This document shows positions 46,624 to 57,602 of a stretch of 64,000 nt of DNA, piece after piece; position 1 is the stretch's first letter; each line of letters opens with the position of its first letter. Made by a program: the position numbers and the translations under genes. Under the pieces are notes generated by a model. That model made no database searches. It saw only the letters and a list, made by a program, of their open reading frames with translations, and had not been told where the DNA came from. The DNA is from Planctomycetota bacterium (GTDB lineage Bacteria; Planctomycetota; Phycisphaerae; UBA1845; UTPLA1), in the NCBI GenBank assembly GCA_003576905.1, contig QEVG01000003.1:51357-115356 (forward strand), written 5' to 3'.

Positions 46624-47307
46624 ATGGAACTCGACGGCATTTTCATCGATTTCTACGGCACGCTGACCGCCGGCGATCGTGCAGCCGTTGAATCGGTCTG
46701 CGAGCGAATCGTCCGCGAGAATGGCGTCCCGATCTCCGCCTACGAACTCAGCGTCACCTGGGGCGAAAGGTTTTTTCACGCCCTCGATTTCGCCAACGGC
46801 GATGGGTTTCTCACGCTCTTCGACGTTGAAGTGAAGACCCTGAGGGAAACCATGAAGGAACTCGGTGTCGAAGTCGACGCCGAGACGTATGCCCGACAGC
46901 TCAAGCAATACTGGGAGAATCCTCCGCTGCAACCCGAAGTCCGCGCCTTTCTCGCCGCGGTAAGGTATCCGCTTTGCATCGTGTCGAACGCTGACCGGGC
47001 GGACATCGACCGCGCACTGGAACGAAAAGAGATCCGCGTGGATCACATTATCACGTCGGAAGAAGCCAGGTCGTACAAGCCCGATCGGGAAATTTTCGAA
47101 AGGGCTCTCGAACACACCGGCTGGCGCAGGGACCGCGTCATTCACGTCGGCGATTCACTGCATAGCGACATTGGCGGGGCGATCATCGCCGGCATTCGCA
47201 ATGCCTGGCTGAACCGGGCTCACCGCATTCATGACATCGGCACCCATCAGCCAGATCACGAATTCGAGGATCTGATGGGCCTCGTTCGGCTGATACAGGC
47301 CCACTGA
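46624..47307 (+). CDS. HAD-superfamily hydrolase (motif I is DxYGT, haloacid-dehalogenase-like)
   Basis: GIFIDFYGTL (motif I with Tyr at D+2), SNAD (motif II), SYKPD (motif III), GDSLHSD (motif IV). Confidence 0.8.
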   Translation: MELDGIFIDFYGTLTAGDRAAVESVCERIVRENGVPISAYELSVTWGERFFHALDFANGDGFLTLFDVEVKTLRETMKELGVEVDAETYARQLKQYWENPPLQPEVRAFLAAVRYPLCIVSNADRADIDRALERKEIRVDHIITSEEARSYKPDREIFERALEHTGWRRDRVIHVGDSLHSDIGGAIIAGIRNAWLNRAHRIHDIGTHQPDHEFEDLMGLVRLIQAH

Positions 47308-47310
47308 GCC

Positions 47311-49383
47311 TCAGCCACCCGCGCTCATCCGCCGGCGCAGCGCAGCCAGATTCGCGGAGGCCGCGGGGTGGCCGGGTGCAACCTTCAACGCGTCCTCATA
47401 CGCATTGCGGGCCTCGTTCAGGCGTCCCTGAGCCGCGAAGATGTTTCCCAGGTTGACGCGTGCGTCGGCAAAGCCCGGCATCAGGTCGATTGTCCGCCGG
47501 TATTCGGCGATGGCCCGTTCCGTCTGCCCCACCGCGTACAGCGAGATGGCGAGGTTATAGTGGGCGTCGCCGAGCGCGGGATCCTGCACGACAGATTCTT
47601 CGAGAAAGGGCAGGGCCGCGGCATGATCGCCCTTGCGCGCGAGCATCGCGCCGAGATTGACGCGAGATTTAACGTGGTCCGGCTTGCGATCGAGGGCCTT
47701 GCGGAATGCGGCAATGGCATCATCCGCGCGCCCCTGCATGGCGAAGATACGCCCCATTTCGTAGTGACTCAGCGCGTCCGCTGAATCGATCTCGCTGATT
47801 CGTGCGTACTCCGCGAGCGCCTCATCGGCGCGGCCCAGTTCCTGAAGCGCGTTGGCCATGTTGAAGCGCGTCTTGACGTGATGCGGATTCAGGTCAAGAC
47901 CTCGACGGAAGCTGGCAATCGCCTTCTCCTGATCGCCGGCCAGCGCGACCGCGCAGCCAAGGTTGTAATGCGCGAGATACGAATCCGGCTGGCAGGCCGT
48001 GCCGTGCGTCCAAAGTGAGATCGGCGTCTTCCAGACCTGGCACTGTCGCCATGTCACCAGGCTCGACACCGCGGTCGCGAGCACGCATACCGCCGCGAGT
48101 CCCGCTGCCGCGGCGGTCTCACCCGGCCGGCGCCACAAGGACGCAATCGATCCGCCGACGAGAATCGCCAGGCTTATGAGCGGCAGGTAGCTGTACCGGT
48201 CGGCCACCTCCTGTCGGCCGCTCTGCACGAAACCCAGCACCGGTGACAGCAGAATCGCATACACGGCCGAGGCCGCCATGACGCCGGGCAGCCGCCGTCC
48301 CACCGGCGCGAGCGCGAGGATTGTGGCAGCAACGATTGCACCGGACACAACGTACTTGGCCGCCAGAGGATCGATCGGGACATTCAGTTCATATAGGGGC
48401 GAGAGGCAGACCGGCAGAACTGTCTTGTGGATGTAGAATACAAGGCCGTAAGCGGCCTGCGCCAGCCGCTGCACGGGTCCGTGGACCGCCCAGGGAATCG
48501 TCGCGCCGACCGATGCCTGTGCCAGCGGAGCGAGGACCGCGAACACGCCGGCAAGCACGACAAAGGGAATCTTCTCGATCCAGACAGCGCGCACATCTCG
48601 ACCGAACCACCTGCCCGATCCACCGCCCAGCCGCCGCAGCGGATACCAGTCGACCAGCAGAAGCACGACCGGGAGTGTCACGCCCATCGCGCGGCTCAGA
48701 AGCGACAGCAGGTACGCGCCGAGTGCGACGGCCAGCCACGTGCGCCTGCGTTCGGCCCGCGCCCAGACCTGTGCGTGCAGATACACCGCCACCGCGCCGA
48801 GAAGCCAGAAACTACTGAGCACGTCGCGCCGTTCCGTAACCCATGCCACCGACTCCACGCGGAGCGGATGAAGGGCGAAAAGCAACGCGGCGACCAGCGC
48901 GCCGGCGCGCGCGCCCCGGACGCCAGGGGACTCGCTCATCTCGCCCGCCGCGGCCCCGGAGCGTCCGGCGCAGTCGAGCACCAAAAAGGCGATCAGAAAC
49001 ACAAGCGCGGAGTTTGCGGCGTGCAGTACGAGGTTGGTCAGGTGATAGCCTCGCGGGTTCATTCCCCATATCGCGTGATCCACGCCCAGCGTCAGCCAGG
49101 TCAGCGGCTGGTAATGGCCCATGCGAAAGGTCGTAAAGGCCCATCGGACGTTGGACCAGCCGAGTCCGCGATAGTTCTCATTGCGGAGGATGACCTCGTC
49201 GTCGTCGTAATTGAACCCGCATTCCAGCGCCGGAAGAAATGCCACGAACGCGGCCCCGGCGACGAACGCCACGAGAATCCACGCCGCCGGCCGGCCGAGG
49301 GGATGCCCCGCCTCGCGCGCCGCCGACGGTCCCGCGTTTCGGTCGCCCGAATCCGCCGCTGTCCTGCGCGACGATCGACTCAC
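47311..49383 (-). CDS. Polytopic membrane protein (TMTC/PMT-like, DUF1736-type N-terminus) fused to C-terminal TPR repeats
   Basis: About 11 TM helices with FNYDDDEVILRNENYRG near the first loop, followed by 7 or more TPR units. GTG start in a GTGA overlap with the upstream ABC ATPase stop. Confidence 0.8.
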   Translation of the reverse strand: MSRSSRRTAADSGDRNAGPSAAREAGHPLGRPAAWILVAFVAGAAFVAFLPALECGFNYDDDEVILRNENYRGLGWSNVRWAFTTFRMGHYQPLTWLTLGVDHAIWGMNPRGYHLTNLVLHAANSALVFLIAFLVLDCAGRSGAAAGEMSESPGVRGARAGALVAALLFALHPLRVESVAWVTERRDVLSSFWLLGAVAVYLHAQVWARAERRRTWLAVALGAYLLSLLSRAMGVTLPVVLLLVDWYPLRRLGGGSGRWFGRDVRAVWIEKIPFVVLAGVFAVLAPLAQASVGATIPWAVHGPVQRLAQAAYGLVFYIHKTVLPVCLSPLYELNVPIDPLAAKYVVSGAIVAATILALAPVGRRLPGVMAASAVYAILLSPVLGFVQSGRQEVADRYSYLPLISLAILVGGSIASLWRRPGETAAAAGLAAVCVLATAVSSLVTWRQCQVWKTPISLWTHGTACQPDSYLAHYNLGCAVALAGDQEKAIASFRRGLDLNPHHVKTRFNMANALQELGRADEALAEYARISEIDSADALSHYEMGRIFAMQGRADDAIAAFRKALDRKPDHVKSRVNLGAMLARKGDHAAALPFLEESVVQDPALGDAHYNLAISLYAVGQTERAIAEYRRTIDLMPGFADARVNLGNIFAAQGRLNEARNAYEDALKVAPGHPAASANLAALRRRMSAGG

Positions 49384-50120
49384 GATGCCGCCTCTTCGAG
49401 CAGGTCCCGCGTCCGCGGGTCGCGCGGTTCTTCGAAAATCTGCGCCGGCAGGCCGGACTCGATCACCTGGCCGTCGGCCATGACATGGACGCGATGCGCC
49501 GAACGACGGACGAATCCCATGGCGTGACTGACCACGAGCATTGTTTGCCCGCTGCGCGATAGGTCCGCCATGACGGAAAGCACCTCCCCCGTCATCCGCG
49601 GATCGAGCGCGCTCGTCGGCTCGTCAAACAGCATGACTTCCGGCTCGTTCGCCAGGGCGCGGGCAATCGCCACGCGCTGCTGCTGTCCGCCCGATAGCGT
49701 CGCCGGGCGCTGATGCGCCTTATCGGCAAGACCGACGCGCTCGAGAAGCGATCGCGCCATTGGCTCCGCCTCGTCGCGCGGTTTTCCCAGCGCGTGAATC
49801 GGGCCGCTCATGACGTTTTCCAGCACGCTCAGGTGCGGAAAAAGATGGAACTGCTGGAAGACCATCCCGACACGCCGGCGCAGCCGCAGATGAAGCTCCC
49901 GTGCATCGCCGTTTGCCCGAGGCTCCAAAGTCATGTCATCTACGTGAATACGGCCGTCATCAAACGACTCAAGGGCGTTAATGCACCGCAGCAGCGTGCT
50001 CTTGCCCCCGCCGGATGCGCCGATGATCACGGCGGTCTCGCCGCGCTCCACTTCCAGCGACGCGCCGCGCAGGACATCGACAATGCCGAATCGCTTGACC
50101 AGGTTATCGACGCGGATCAT
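49380..50120 (-). CDS. Amino-acid ABC transporter ATP-binding protein
   Basis: Walker A GASGGGKST, signature LSGGQQQRVAIARAL, Walker B MLFDEPTSALD. MIRVDNLVKRFG at 50120 is the likely start. Confidence 0.93.
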   Translation of the reverse strand: MIRVDNLVKRFGIVDVLRGASLEVERGETAVIIGASGGGKSTLLRCINALESFDDGRIHVDDMTLEPRANGDARELHLRLRRRVGMVFQQFHLFPHLSVLENVMSGPIHALGKPRDEAEPMARSLLERVGLADKAHQRPATLSGGQQQRVAIARALANEPEVMLFDEPTSALDPRMTGEVLSVMADLSRSGQTMLVVSHAMGFVRRSAHRVHVMADGQVIESGLPAQIFEEPRDPRTRDLLEEAAS

Positions 50121-50157
50121 TTTCGAAACTCTGGCTCCCGGCGCGACCGATGAATCG

Positions 50158-51717
50158 TCACGCTCCAACCGGCCGGACGTCTCCGGCAAGCGCCTTCTCG
50201 GTGCGCCGGGCCACGATTGACAGTGGATAGCTCATCGCCAGGTAGAGCAGCGCCGTCATGCCCGCCAGCTCGAGCACCGCCGTCGTGTTGTTGGCCAGCA
50301 TATTGTACTGCTTTGTCAGTTCAACGACCGCAATGACCGAGCAGATCGACGTATCCTTGAAGAGCGCGATGAAGTCATTGGTGACCGGGGGAATGACGAT
50401 CCGAACGGCCTGAGGGATGACCACCCGTCGCAGCGCCGTCCGCCGGGTCATACCGAGGGCCAGAGCGGCCTCCATCTGCCCTTTCGGAATAGCCTGAAGC
50501 CCCGCGCGGTAGATTTCGGCCTCATACGCCGAGTAGTTCACCGCCAGCCCGGCGATCGCCGCCACGACCGGCCCCAGGCCCACGCCGAGAAGCTTCGGCA
50601 GCAGGAAATAAAGAACATAAAGCTGGAGCATGACCGGCGTGCCACGGAGGACTTCGACATACAGCGTGAGCGGGGCCTTCAGAATAGCTGGTCCATAAAG
50701 CCGCCCGAGGGCCACCAGCAGCCCGATCAGCATCGCCAGGGGCATGGCCGCGACCGAGAGGAGTACGGTCATACCCGCAGCCTTGAGAAGAACGGGGCCA
50801 TACCGTGCGACCGCCGACCAGCTGCGCTCCCCTTTCGAGACGGCCAGCTGCGCGCCGGCATGCGCCAACTCTTCCTGCGTCGCATTCCAAAGGCCGTAGC
50901 GCAAATAGATCGTCCGCAGACGACCGTCCGTAAGCGCCTTCGAAAGCGCGGCGTTGATCGTCTCGGCCAGCCGCTCTTCTTCTCGGCGGACGTACATGAC
51001 GTAATAGCCTCGCCCGACCGGAAGGCCCACGAACTTGAGCCCCCGCGCCTGCGGTTCGCCGCGATAGAAGATTGCGATCGGCAGGTCCTGAAGCGTCGCA
51101 TCGTGTACGCCCGCCTGGACCTGCATCATGGCGTTTGTATTGCCGTCGTACTCGAACAACTCGACGGCACCGGGGCAGTTTTCCTGCAGCCACACGGCCG
51201 CCCCCGAGCCGCCGAGGACCCCGACCGTGTACGTCCGGCCATCGGGCGGGTGGCACAACGCCTCGACCGTGGCAAAGCGGGTCTCATCCTCGCGGGCCAT
51301 GAGCTGCAATTCGTAGATGTAATACGGGCGTGTGGCGCGCATCCGTTCGGCGCGGCCCGGCGTCCATTCATAACCGTTGAGCACGACATCGATCGTGCCG
51401 TTATCAAGAAACTCCGGGAGCGTCGTCCAGTCGGCCTGAAAAAAACGGGCTTTGACACCCAGTTCGGCCGCAAGCAGGTCGGCCAGTTCCACTTCAAACC
51501 CGCGCAGACGGCTCGGATCGGCGGGGTCCGGATAGACAAACGGACCGCCGCCCTCCTGGTCCGCGCCCCAGACTAGCTCGCCGCGCGCTCGAATGCCGTC
51601 GAGCGCGTCGGCCCGGACTTCCGATGCACAGGTCAACGCCAATGCCACGACTCCGGCAGTCACCAGCCGCGGCGCCGATGCGCCCCCGCCCATATCGTGC
51701 ATTGCCAAAAACCGCAT
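50158..51717 (-). CDS. Fused amino-acid ABC transporter substrate-binding protein and permease
   Basis: The N-terminal half is SBP family 3-like (..GELVWGADQEGGGPFVY..DVVLNGYEWTP..). The C-terminal half is a HisM/GlnP-type permease with the EAA loop (EAALALGMTRRTALRRVVIPQA). Confidence 0.9.
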   Translation of the reverse strand: MRFLAMHDMGGGASAPRLVTAGVVALALTCASEVRADALDGIRARGELVWGADQEGGGPFVYPDPADPSRLRGFEVELADLLAAELGVKARFFQADWTTLPEFLDNGTIDVVLNGYEWTPGRAERMRATRPYYIYELQLMAREDETRFATVEALCHPPDGRTYTVGVLGGSGAAVWLQENCPGAVELFEYDGNTNAMMQVQAGVHDATLQDLPIAIFYRGEPQARGLKFVGLPVGRGYYVMYVRREEERLAETINAALSKALTDGRLRTIYLRYGLWNATQEELAHAGAQLAVSKGERSWSAVARYGPVLLKAAGMTVLLSVAAMPLAMLIGLLVALGRLYGPAILKAPLTLYVEVLRGTPVMLQLYVLYFLLPKLLGVGLGPVVAAIAGLAVNYSAYEAEIYRAGLQAIPKGQMEAALALGMTRRTALRRVVIPQAVRIVIPPVTNDFIALFKDTSICSVIAVVELTKQYNMLANNTTAVLELAGMTALLYLAMSYPLSIVARRTEKALAGDVRPVGA

Positions 51718-51889
51718 GGGCCGATACCGCTCCCGCGCAGCGCGAGTGTCGTAGGTCTGTCAGTCGATACAACGGCGGCCTGGCCGCGGCAGCCCTGTCC
51801 GCGCGCCGCCGACTCCCGACCGCATCACGATACGCCAAATGTCCCGTGAGACAAGCCGCGCCAGGTCGATGCGTCGCGCCGCCGGAAGT

Positions 51890-53455
51890 TCAGCCGGGTG
51901 CAGCCCCGTGACGCCGTACGGCATCCCGAATGAGCTTCAGAACCTCGGCCCGTACATGCTGATCTTTCTCGCCGCGCCGCAGCAGGACGACGCCGTTTCC
52001 CGCGTACACCAGGCCATAGTGAGGCCGGCGGAGAATCTGCTCCAGATAGCTCCCATACGCCCTCGGATGCGGAATCCAGCGGAAGTCGGTGACATCCAGT
52101 AGATAGCAATCGGGGTCCTGAAACGTACGGACGTAGCCAATGACGCCGATCTTCTCGCGGCGGGCCAGGTGCGGCGCCAAGGCCATGGAGGCGACGACGG
52201 ACTCGTCAGGTCGCAGCAAGCCGGCGGCCCCGCGAAACTGCGCGACGTTCGTTCGTGGCGGGCCGACCGCGACCTCCCAAAGCGGAGCACGCGTCGTCTT
52301 CGTGAATGGATTATCCCTCGCAAGAGCCAGAGCGGCTCCAACGGCGAGGAGGCAGTAACCCGCCAGCGCCGGCCCGCGCGGGTGGGCCGCGTCGCGTGCC
52401 CAGCGCACTACCTTGGAGGCTCCGCCGCATGCCGACCACCACAGGAGCGGCACCACGGGAGCGTGGTAGTGGAAATAAATCGAGTTGGCCGAAGGATGAT
52501 TCTGGAGCATCGGGATCGCAAGGGGGACACACATGCACAGGACCCGTCCGGGCGAAAGGACAGGCAGCAACGCTAAGGGCAGAAACATCACGGAAAGTGT
52601 GTGAAGCCGAAGGGGGTCAGTGACAAGGGTCGAAAGCACATACAGCGGACGCGTAACCATCGTACGAAGCATTTCGATTCCGTCCGCGCCGAGCCACGCA
52701 TATCGGGAGATCGAGTCGGAAGGCCCTCCGCGAAAGTACGGAATGATTACGAAGCAGGCCAGGACCGACCAAAGAACGCTCGCGACTGCCGTGTTCCGCC
52801 CCCATCGCCGCATTCCGGGCTTAAACATCGCATAGACCGCAACGGCGGCGACGGCGAAACCGATCTCCTCGCGGCAGCTCGCCGCAAGCGCGGCCCAGAC
52901 CGCGGCCCGCCCGCCGTGACGAATGCGAAGGTAGAAGAGCATCGTCATCAGGCAGGGCGCGCTAAAGGCAATGAAGTGAAAATCGAACCGGTTGATGAAG
53001 CCCGGCAAGGGGCTGAGCACATACGAGAGTGCAAGAGCCGCCGCAACCGCCGCGCTTCGCGCCTCAACGCGGGCCAGCCGGTACATTGGCCATGCGGCAA
53101 GGCCCAGCGCCGCCGATTGGGCGATCAGCAGCCATTCCACCCCCCAGGCCGGAAGCCACGCCAGCGGCGCGAGAAGGAGCGCGACCGCGCTCACGTGGTC
53201 GCCGAGGAAGTTCTCAGTTTCGATGGATGAACGAAAGAGCCGCCCGCGGCTGGTGTTCCAGACGACCTGGTCCTGAATGGCAAGGTCGAAGCCGGACGAA
53301 TTCAATCCGTGGTGGCGGTAAATGGAAAGGGACGAATAGGAAACGACGTACGCCGCGATGGCAGCGACAACGACGCACGTGCACGCAGCGGTGGAACTTC
53401 GACGGGCCCGCCATGTGCTTTCCAGACGAGGTTGCGTCGGGACCCGCGCCGTCAT
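51890..53455 (-). CDS. DUF2079-domain integral membrane protein
   Basis: ..SSGFDLAIQDQVVWNTSRGRLF.SSIE..NFLGDHVS..LLLLAP.. N-terminal signature and a polytopic membrane profile. Confidence 0.75.
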   Translation of the reverse strand: MTARVPTQPRLESTWRARRSSTAACTCVVVAAIAAYVVSYSSLSIYRHHGLNSSGFDLAIQDQVVWNTSRGRLFRSSIETENFLGDHVSAVALLLAPLAWLPAWGVEWLLIAQSAALGLAAWPMYRLARVEARSAAVAAALALSYVLSPLPGFINRFDFHFIAFSAPCLMTMLFYLRIRHGGRAAVWAALAASCREEIGFAVAAVAVYAMFKPGMRRWGRNTAVASVLWSVLACFVIIPYFRGGPSDSISRYAWLGADGIEMLRTMVTRPLYVLSTLVTDPLRLHTLSVMFLPLALLPVLSPGRVLCMCVPLAIPMLQNHPSANSIYFHYHAPVVPLLWWSACGGASKVVRWARDAAHPRGPALAGYCLLAVGAALALARDNPFTKTTRAPLWEVAVGPPRTNVAQFRGAAGLLRPDESVVASMALAPHLARREKIGVIGYVRTFQDPDCYLLDVTDFRWIPHPRAYGSYLEQILRRPHYGLVYAGNGVVLLRRGEKDQHVRAEVLKLIRDAVRRHGAAPG

Positions 53456-53547
53456 TCCGTTTTTCTACCGGCGAAGGGGCGCGGATACAACACTTCGCGG
53501 CCGAAGCAGGAAGCGGCGCCTCACACCGCACGGAAAAACTCCGCCGC

Positions 53548-53904
53548 CTATGCGGGCTTTTTCTTTGCCGGCTTGGCCCCGGGCGGAGCGCTCGCCGGCG
53601 CAGGACTGGGCGCAGCCTTTGAGGCATCCGCCGCCTTCGACTCCGGCGCTGTCTTGTCCTTTGTCGTCTCCGAGCCGCCGGACTCGGCCTTGGCCTTCTC
53701 CTTGTAGCTCTCGCTCCGATAGTCCGTCTGGTAGAAGCCGCCGCCCTTGAAAAGCACCGCGCCTCCCGTGCCGATCAGCCGCTTGGCAGGCCGCACCGCG
53801 GCGCAATTGTCGCAATGGACCTTCGACAGCGGCTTCGCGGTGATGGACTGAAACACGTCCATCGTCGAGCCACACGTCCTGCACTGATACTCGTACGTCG
53901 GCAT
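53548..53904 (-). CDS. FmdB-family zinc-ribbon protein
   Basis: MPTYEYQCRTCG....V.....CDNCA matches the CxxC_CxxC_SSSS pattern, with a low-complexity Lys/Ala/Pro tail. Confidence 0.85.
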   Translation of the reverse strand: MPTYEYQCRTCGSTMDVFQSITAKPLSKVHCDNCAAVRPAKRLIGTGGAVLFKGGGFYQTDYRSESYKEKAKAESGGSETTKDKTAPESKAADASKAAPSPAPASAPPGAKPAKKKPA

Positions 53905-53966
53905 GTGTCACTCCGCCTGTTCAGGTGCACATAGCGATCCGGACATCGGGTGCCCGTTGCGCGCCG

Positions 53967-54560
53967 TTACTCGGCCTGCCCGTTCGGATCTCCCTGCTTC
54001 TCAGCGGCCACTACGACCTTCGAAGGCCGCAGAACCCGGTCGAACATTCTGTAACCCCTGACCAGTTCACTGGTAACGGTGCCGGGCGGCTCGTCCGAAC
54101 TCGGATCGGACAGCATCGCCTCGTGAACCATTGGGTCGAAAGCCTTGCCAACGGCCTCGATCGGCGTGATGCCGTGGTCCTTCATTACCTTGATAAGCTG
54201 GTCTGCGATCAGCCGGACGCCGTCCACCAGTGCCTTGTCCGCCTGGGACGCTTCCATGTTGGCGAGTGATCGTTCGAGGCTGTCGACGACGTTCAGAACC
54301 TCGCGGGCAAGCCCCATCGGTGCATAGCGGACCGCCTCAATCTGCTGCTGATGAAGCCGCCTGGAGATGTTCGCGCACTCCGCCTGGGCGCGCAGGAGCT
54401 TGTCCTTGCACTCGGCCAGCTCTTTCTGGAGCGCCTCGACTGCATCCGCCGCTTCCGTTTCCGGCCCGCCTTCCGCGGCGCCCTCGGCGCCGACGGAATC
54501 TTCGGCCGGGCTCATATCCGCGTCGGTAGGATCTTCCATCGTCTGGTCTTTTCGAATCAT
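53967..54560 (-). CDS. grpE: Nucleotide exchange factor GrpE
   Basis: Coiled-coil N-terminus, ..R..AE..N.R+R.., C-terminal beta-domain ..FDP..HEA......V....GY....RVLRPS.V.V. Confidence 0.92.
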   Translation of the reverse strand: MIRKDQTMEDPTDADMSPAEDSVGAEGAAEGGPETEAADAVEALQKELAECKDKLLRAQAECANISRRLHQQQIEAVRYAPMGLAREVLNVVDSLERSLANMEASQADKALVDGVRLIADQLIKVMKDHGITPIEAVGKAFDPMVHEAMLSDPSSDEPPGTVTSELVRGYRMFDRVLRPSKVVVAAEKQGDPNGQAE

Positions 54561-54591
54561 GGCCGTTCGCTCAAAGCACCATGGAAACGCG

Positions 54592-55731
54592 TCAACCGGC
54601 GTCCCGCGTGCTGAAAAACTCCTTCAGCCGGTCAAGAAACCCCTTGCTCTCCGGCAATACGCTGTTGTCCTCCGTCTTGGCGAACTCGCGGAGGAGCTCC
54701 TGCTGCTTCTTGCTCAGCTTGCGCGGAATCTCAATCAGTATTCGGATTATCTGATCGCCGACCCGCCGCGAGCGGATGTCCGGCATTCCCATCCGCGCAA
54801 GGCGCATCATCTCGCCGTTCTGCGTGCCCGGGGGGATGGTCACCTCCGCCTTGCCGGTCAGCGTGGGCACTTCGATCTTCGCGCCCAGCGCCGCCTGCGT
54901 GAAGCTGATGGGCACGTCACACACCAGGTCGTTTCCGTGTCGCTGAAGGAACGGATGCGGCTCCACCCGGACGTAACAATGCAGGTCGCCCCGGCTCGAA
55001 CCGCCCTCCGCAGGCTCACCCTCGCCCCGCAGCCGAATCGCCTGCCCGTCGTGAATCCCGGCAGGCACCTTCACCGTCACCACGCGATGCCTGGGGACAC
55101 GGCCCGAACCGCGGCACTCGCGGCACGCCTTCGTGAAAGTGCTGCCGCGGCCACGACAATCCGGGCACATCGTCACGACCCGCGTCGAAAAGAAGCCCAT
55201 GCCCGTCGTGCGCTCGACTTGGCCGTACCCCCCGCACGTCGAGCATGCCGTGACTTTCGTGCCCGGCTCGGCGCCCTTGCCGGCGCAGTGGTCGCAATAG
55301 TCGTTGCGCGTAAACTCGATCTGCTTTTCGGTATCCCTGGCGGCGTCGACAAGCGAAATGTACAGCTCGGTCTGGAGGTCGATCCCCCGGGCGTCGCGGC
55401 CGCCCCGGCCCCCGCCACCGAAGATATCGCCGAAGATGTCGCCAAAGATGCTGAAGATGTCATCCGGCCGCATGTGCGAGAAGTCATGCACGCCGGCACC
55501 GTTCAGGCCCGAGTGGCCGTAGCGATCGTATCGGTTTCGCTTCTCCGTATCCGAGAGGACCTCGTAGGCTTCCGCCGCCTCCTTGAAGAGGGCCTCGTTG
55601 TCCGGGCCGCCTCCCCGGTCGGGGTGATACTTCATGGCCGCCTGCCGATAGGCGCGTTTGATGTCCTCCGGTGAAGCGTCACGGCTGACACCGAGGACTT
55701 CGTAGTAGTCTCGTTTGGTTGCCACCGGCAT
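54592..55731 (-). CDS. dnaJ: Molecular chaperone DnaJ
   Basis: J domain ([12 protein letters not shown]), G/F region, and four CxxCxGxG zinc-finger repeats. Confidence 0.96.
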   Translation of the reverse strand: MPVATKRDYYEVLGVSRDASPEDIKRAYRQAAMKYHPDRGGGPDNEALFKEAAEAYEVLSDTEKRNRYDRYGHSGLNGAGVHDFSHMRPDDIFSIFGDIFGDIFGGGGRGGRDARGIDLQTELYISLVDAARDTEKQIEFTRNDYCDHCAGKGAEPGTKVTACSTCGGYGQVERTTGMGFFSTRVVTMCPDCRGRGSTFTKACRECRGSGRVPRHRVVTVKVPAGIHDGQAIRLRGEGEPAEGGSSRGDLHCYVRVEPHPFLQRHGNDLVCDVPISFTQAALGAKIEVPTLTGKAEVTIPPGTQNGEMMRLARMGMPDIRSRRVGDQIIRILIEIPRKLSKKQQELLREFAKTEDNSVLPESKGFLDRLKEFFSTRDAG

Positions 55732-55870
55732 TGCCGCCTCAAAAAGCGCCGCCCCTCGCGCCTGGATTCATCGTGCCGCGACGACCCGTCGCTGTTGCGG
55801 GCCGAAAACGCGGATCGGGACGGAGCCTTGGCCCCGTCCCGACCCGGTTAGTCGTGCGTACCTGTTCAAT

Positions 55871-57490
55871 CTATCGGACAGAACCGGGAATCTCGTCTTC
55901 CTTGTCCTTGTCCTTCAGTTCCGTCACCATCACATTGGTCATCAGGAGCATTCCGGCGACGCTTGCCGCGTTCTGAAGCGCACAGCGAACCACCTTGGCG
56001 GGATCGATGATCCCTTCCTTGACGAGGTCGCAGAACTCGCCGCGCCGCGCGTCGTAACCGTAGCTCCCCTTGTTCTCGAGAATCTGCGAAACGATAACCG
56101 CCCCATCCTCGCCGCTGTTGTCGGCGATCTGGCGGGCGGGCGCCTCAAGCGCCCGCACCACGATCAGCATGCCCGTCTTTTCGTCGCCCTCGGCGTTCCG
56201 GGCTGCGGTCTTGATCGGCTCGATGCAGCGCAGCAGCGTCACGCCGCCGCCGGGCACGATGCCCTCTTCCACCGCCGCACGGGTTGCGTGGAACGCGTCG
56301 TCGACCAGGTCCTTTCGCTCCTTGACCTCGATCTCGGTCGCGCCGCCGACGCGGATCACCGCGACCCCGCCGGTCAGCTTCGCCAGGCGCTCTTGGAGCT
56401 TTTCACGGTCGTAGTCGCTGGTCGTCTTCTCGATCTGGGCGCGAATCTGCTCGGCTCGGGCGCTCACATCGGCCTTCTTGCCGGCGCCCTGGATGATCGT
56501 GGTCGTGTCTTTCTCGACGACCACCTTGGCGGCGCGGCCGAGCTGGGACAGCTCGATGCTCTCGAGCTTCAGACCTACGTCCTCGCTGATGAACTCGCCG
56601 CCAGTCACGACGGCGATATCGCCCATCATGGCCTTGCGGCGGTCGCCGAAGCCCGGCGCCTTGACGGCGCAGACCTTGAGAATCCCGCGGAGGCGGTTGA
56701 CGACGAGCGCCGCAAGGGCCTCGCCCTCCACGTCCTCGGCGATCACCAGAAGCGGCTTACTCGACGTGGCGATCTTCTCAAGCAGCGGGACAAAATCGCG
56801 GAGCGAACTGATCTTCTTCTCGTAGAGGAGCACGTAGCAGTCTTCCAGCACGCACTGCATCTCGGCGGCGTCGGTAATGAAATAGGGCGAGACGTAGCCC
56901 TTGTCGAACTGCATGCCCTCGACGACGCGCTTCTCAGTCTCGAGGCTCTTGCCCTCCTCGATCGTGATCACGCCTTCCTTGCCGACCTCTTCCATTGCCT
57001 CGGCCAGCATCCGGCCGATTTCGGCGTCGCCGTTGGCGCTGATCGTACCTACCTTGGCGATATCGCCCGATCCCTTGACGTCCACCTTCATCTTGCTGAT
57101 CTGCTGGACGGCGACGTCGACCGCCTTGTCGATGCCGCGCTTTAGCAGCATGGGGTTGGCGCCGGCCGTGACGTTCTTGAGGCCTTCCTTGTAGATGGCC
57201 TCGGCCAGGACCACCGCCGTTGTGGTTCCGTCCCCGGCGACGTCGCTGGTCTTGCTGGCCACCTCGTTGACCATCTTGGCGCCCATGTTCTCAAACGGTT
57301 GGGGCAGCTCGATCTCCTTCGAGACGCTGACGCCGTCCTTCGTCACCCGGGGGGAGCCCCAGGACTTCTGGAGCAGCACGTTGCGGCCCGTCGGGCCGAG
57401 CGTCACCTTCACCGCGGCCGCGAGCTTTGAAAGGCCCGCGACCACGCTCTCGGCGGCACGCACATCAAAAAGCATCTGTTTGACAGCCAT
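55871..57490 (-). CDS. groEL: Chaperonin GroEL (paralog 1; acidic tail, no GGM repeat)
   Basis: Canonical GroEL motifs ([22 protein letters not shown]). The C-terminus is ..[16 protein letters not shown]. Confidence 0.96.
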   Translation of the reverse strand: MAVKQMLFDVRAAESVVAGLSKLAAAVKVTLGPTGRNVLLQKSWGSPRVTKDGVSVSKEIELPQPFENMGAKMVNEVASKTSDVAGDGTTTAVVLAEAIYKEGLKNVTAGANPMLLKRGIDKAVDVAVQQISKMKVDVKGSGDIAKVGTISANGDAEIGRMLAEAMEEVGKEGVITIEEGKSLETEKRVVEGMQFDKGYVSPYFITDAAEMQCVLEDCYVLLYEKKISSLRDFVPLLEKIATSSKPLLVIAEDVEGEALAALVVNRLRGILKVCAVKAPGFGDRRKAMMGDIAVVTGGEFISEDVGLKLESIELSQLGRAAKVVVEKDTTTIIQGAGKKADVSARAEQIRAQIEKTTSDYDREKLQERLAKLTGGVAVIRVGGATEIEVKERKDLVDDAFHATRAAVEEGIVPGGGVTLLRCIEPIKTAARNAEGDEKTGMLIVVRALEAPARQIADNSGEDGAVIVSQILENKGSYGYDARRGEFCDLVKEGIIDPAKVVRCALQNAASVAGMLLMTNVMVTELKDKDKEDEIPGSVR

Positions 57491-57602
57491 TTTCCATCCT
57501 CGGTGCTTGGCGGCGGCGCTTTTCCGGCCGCCGATTTCATCACGTTTCTTGCCGAATCCGACTCACGCTTGTCGCCTGAGCGCCGCGCCTAAGCGGCACT
57601 GG

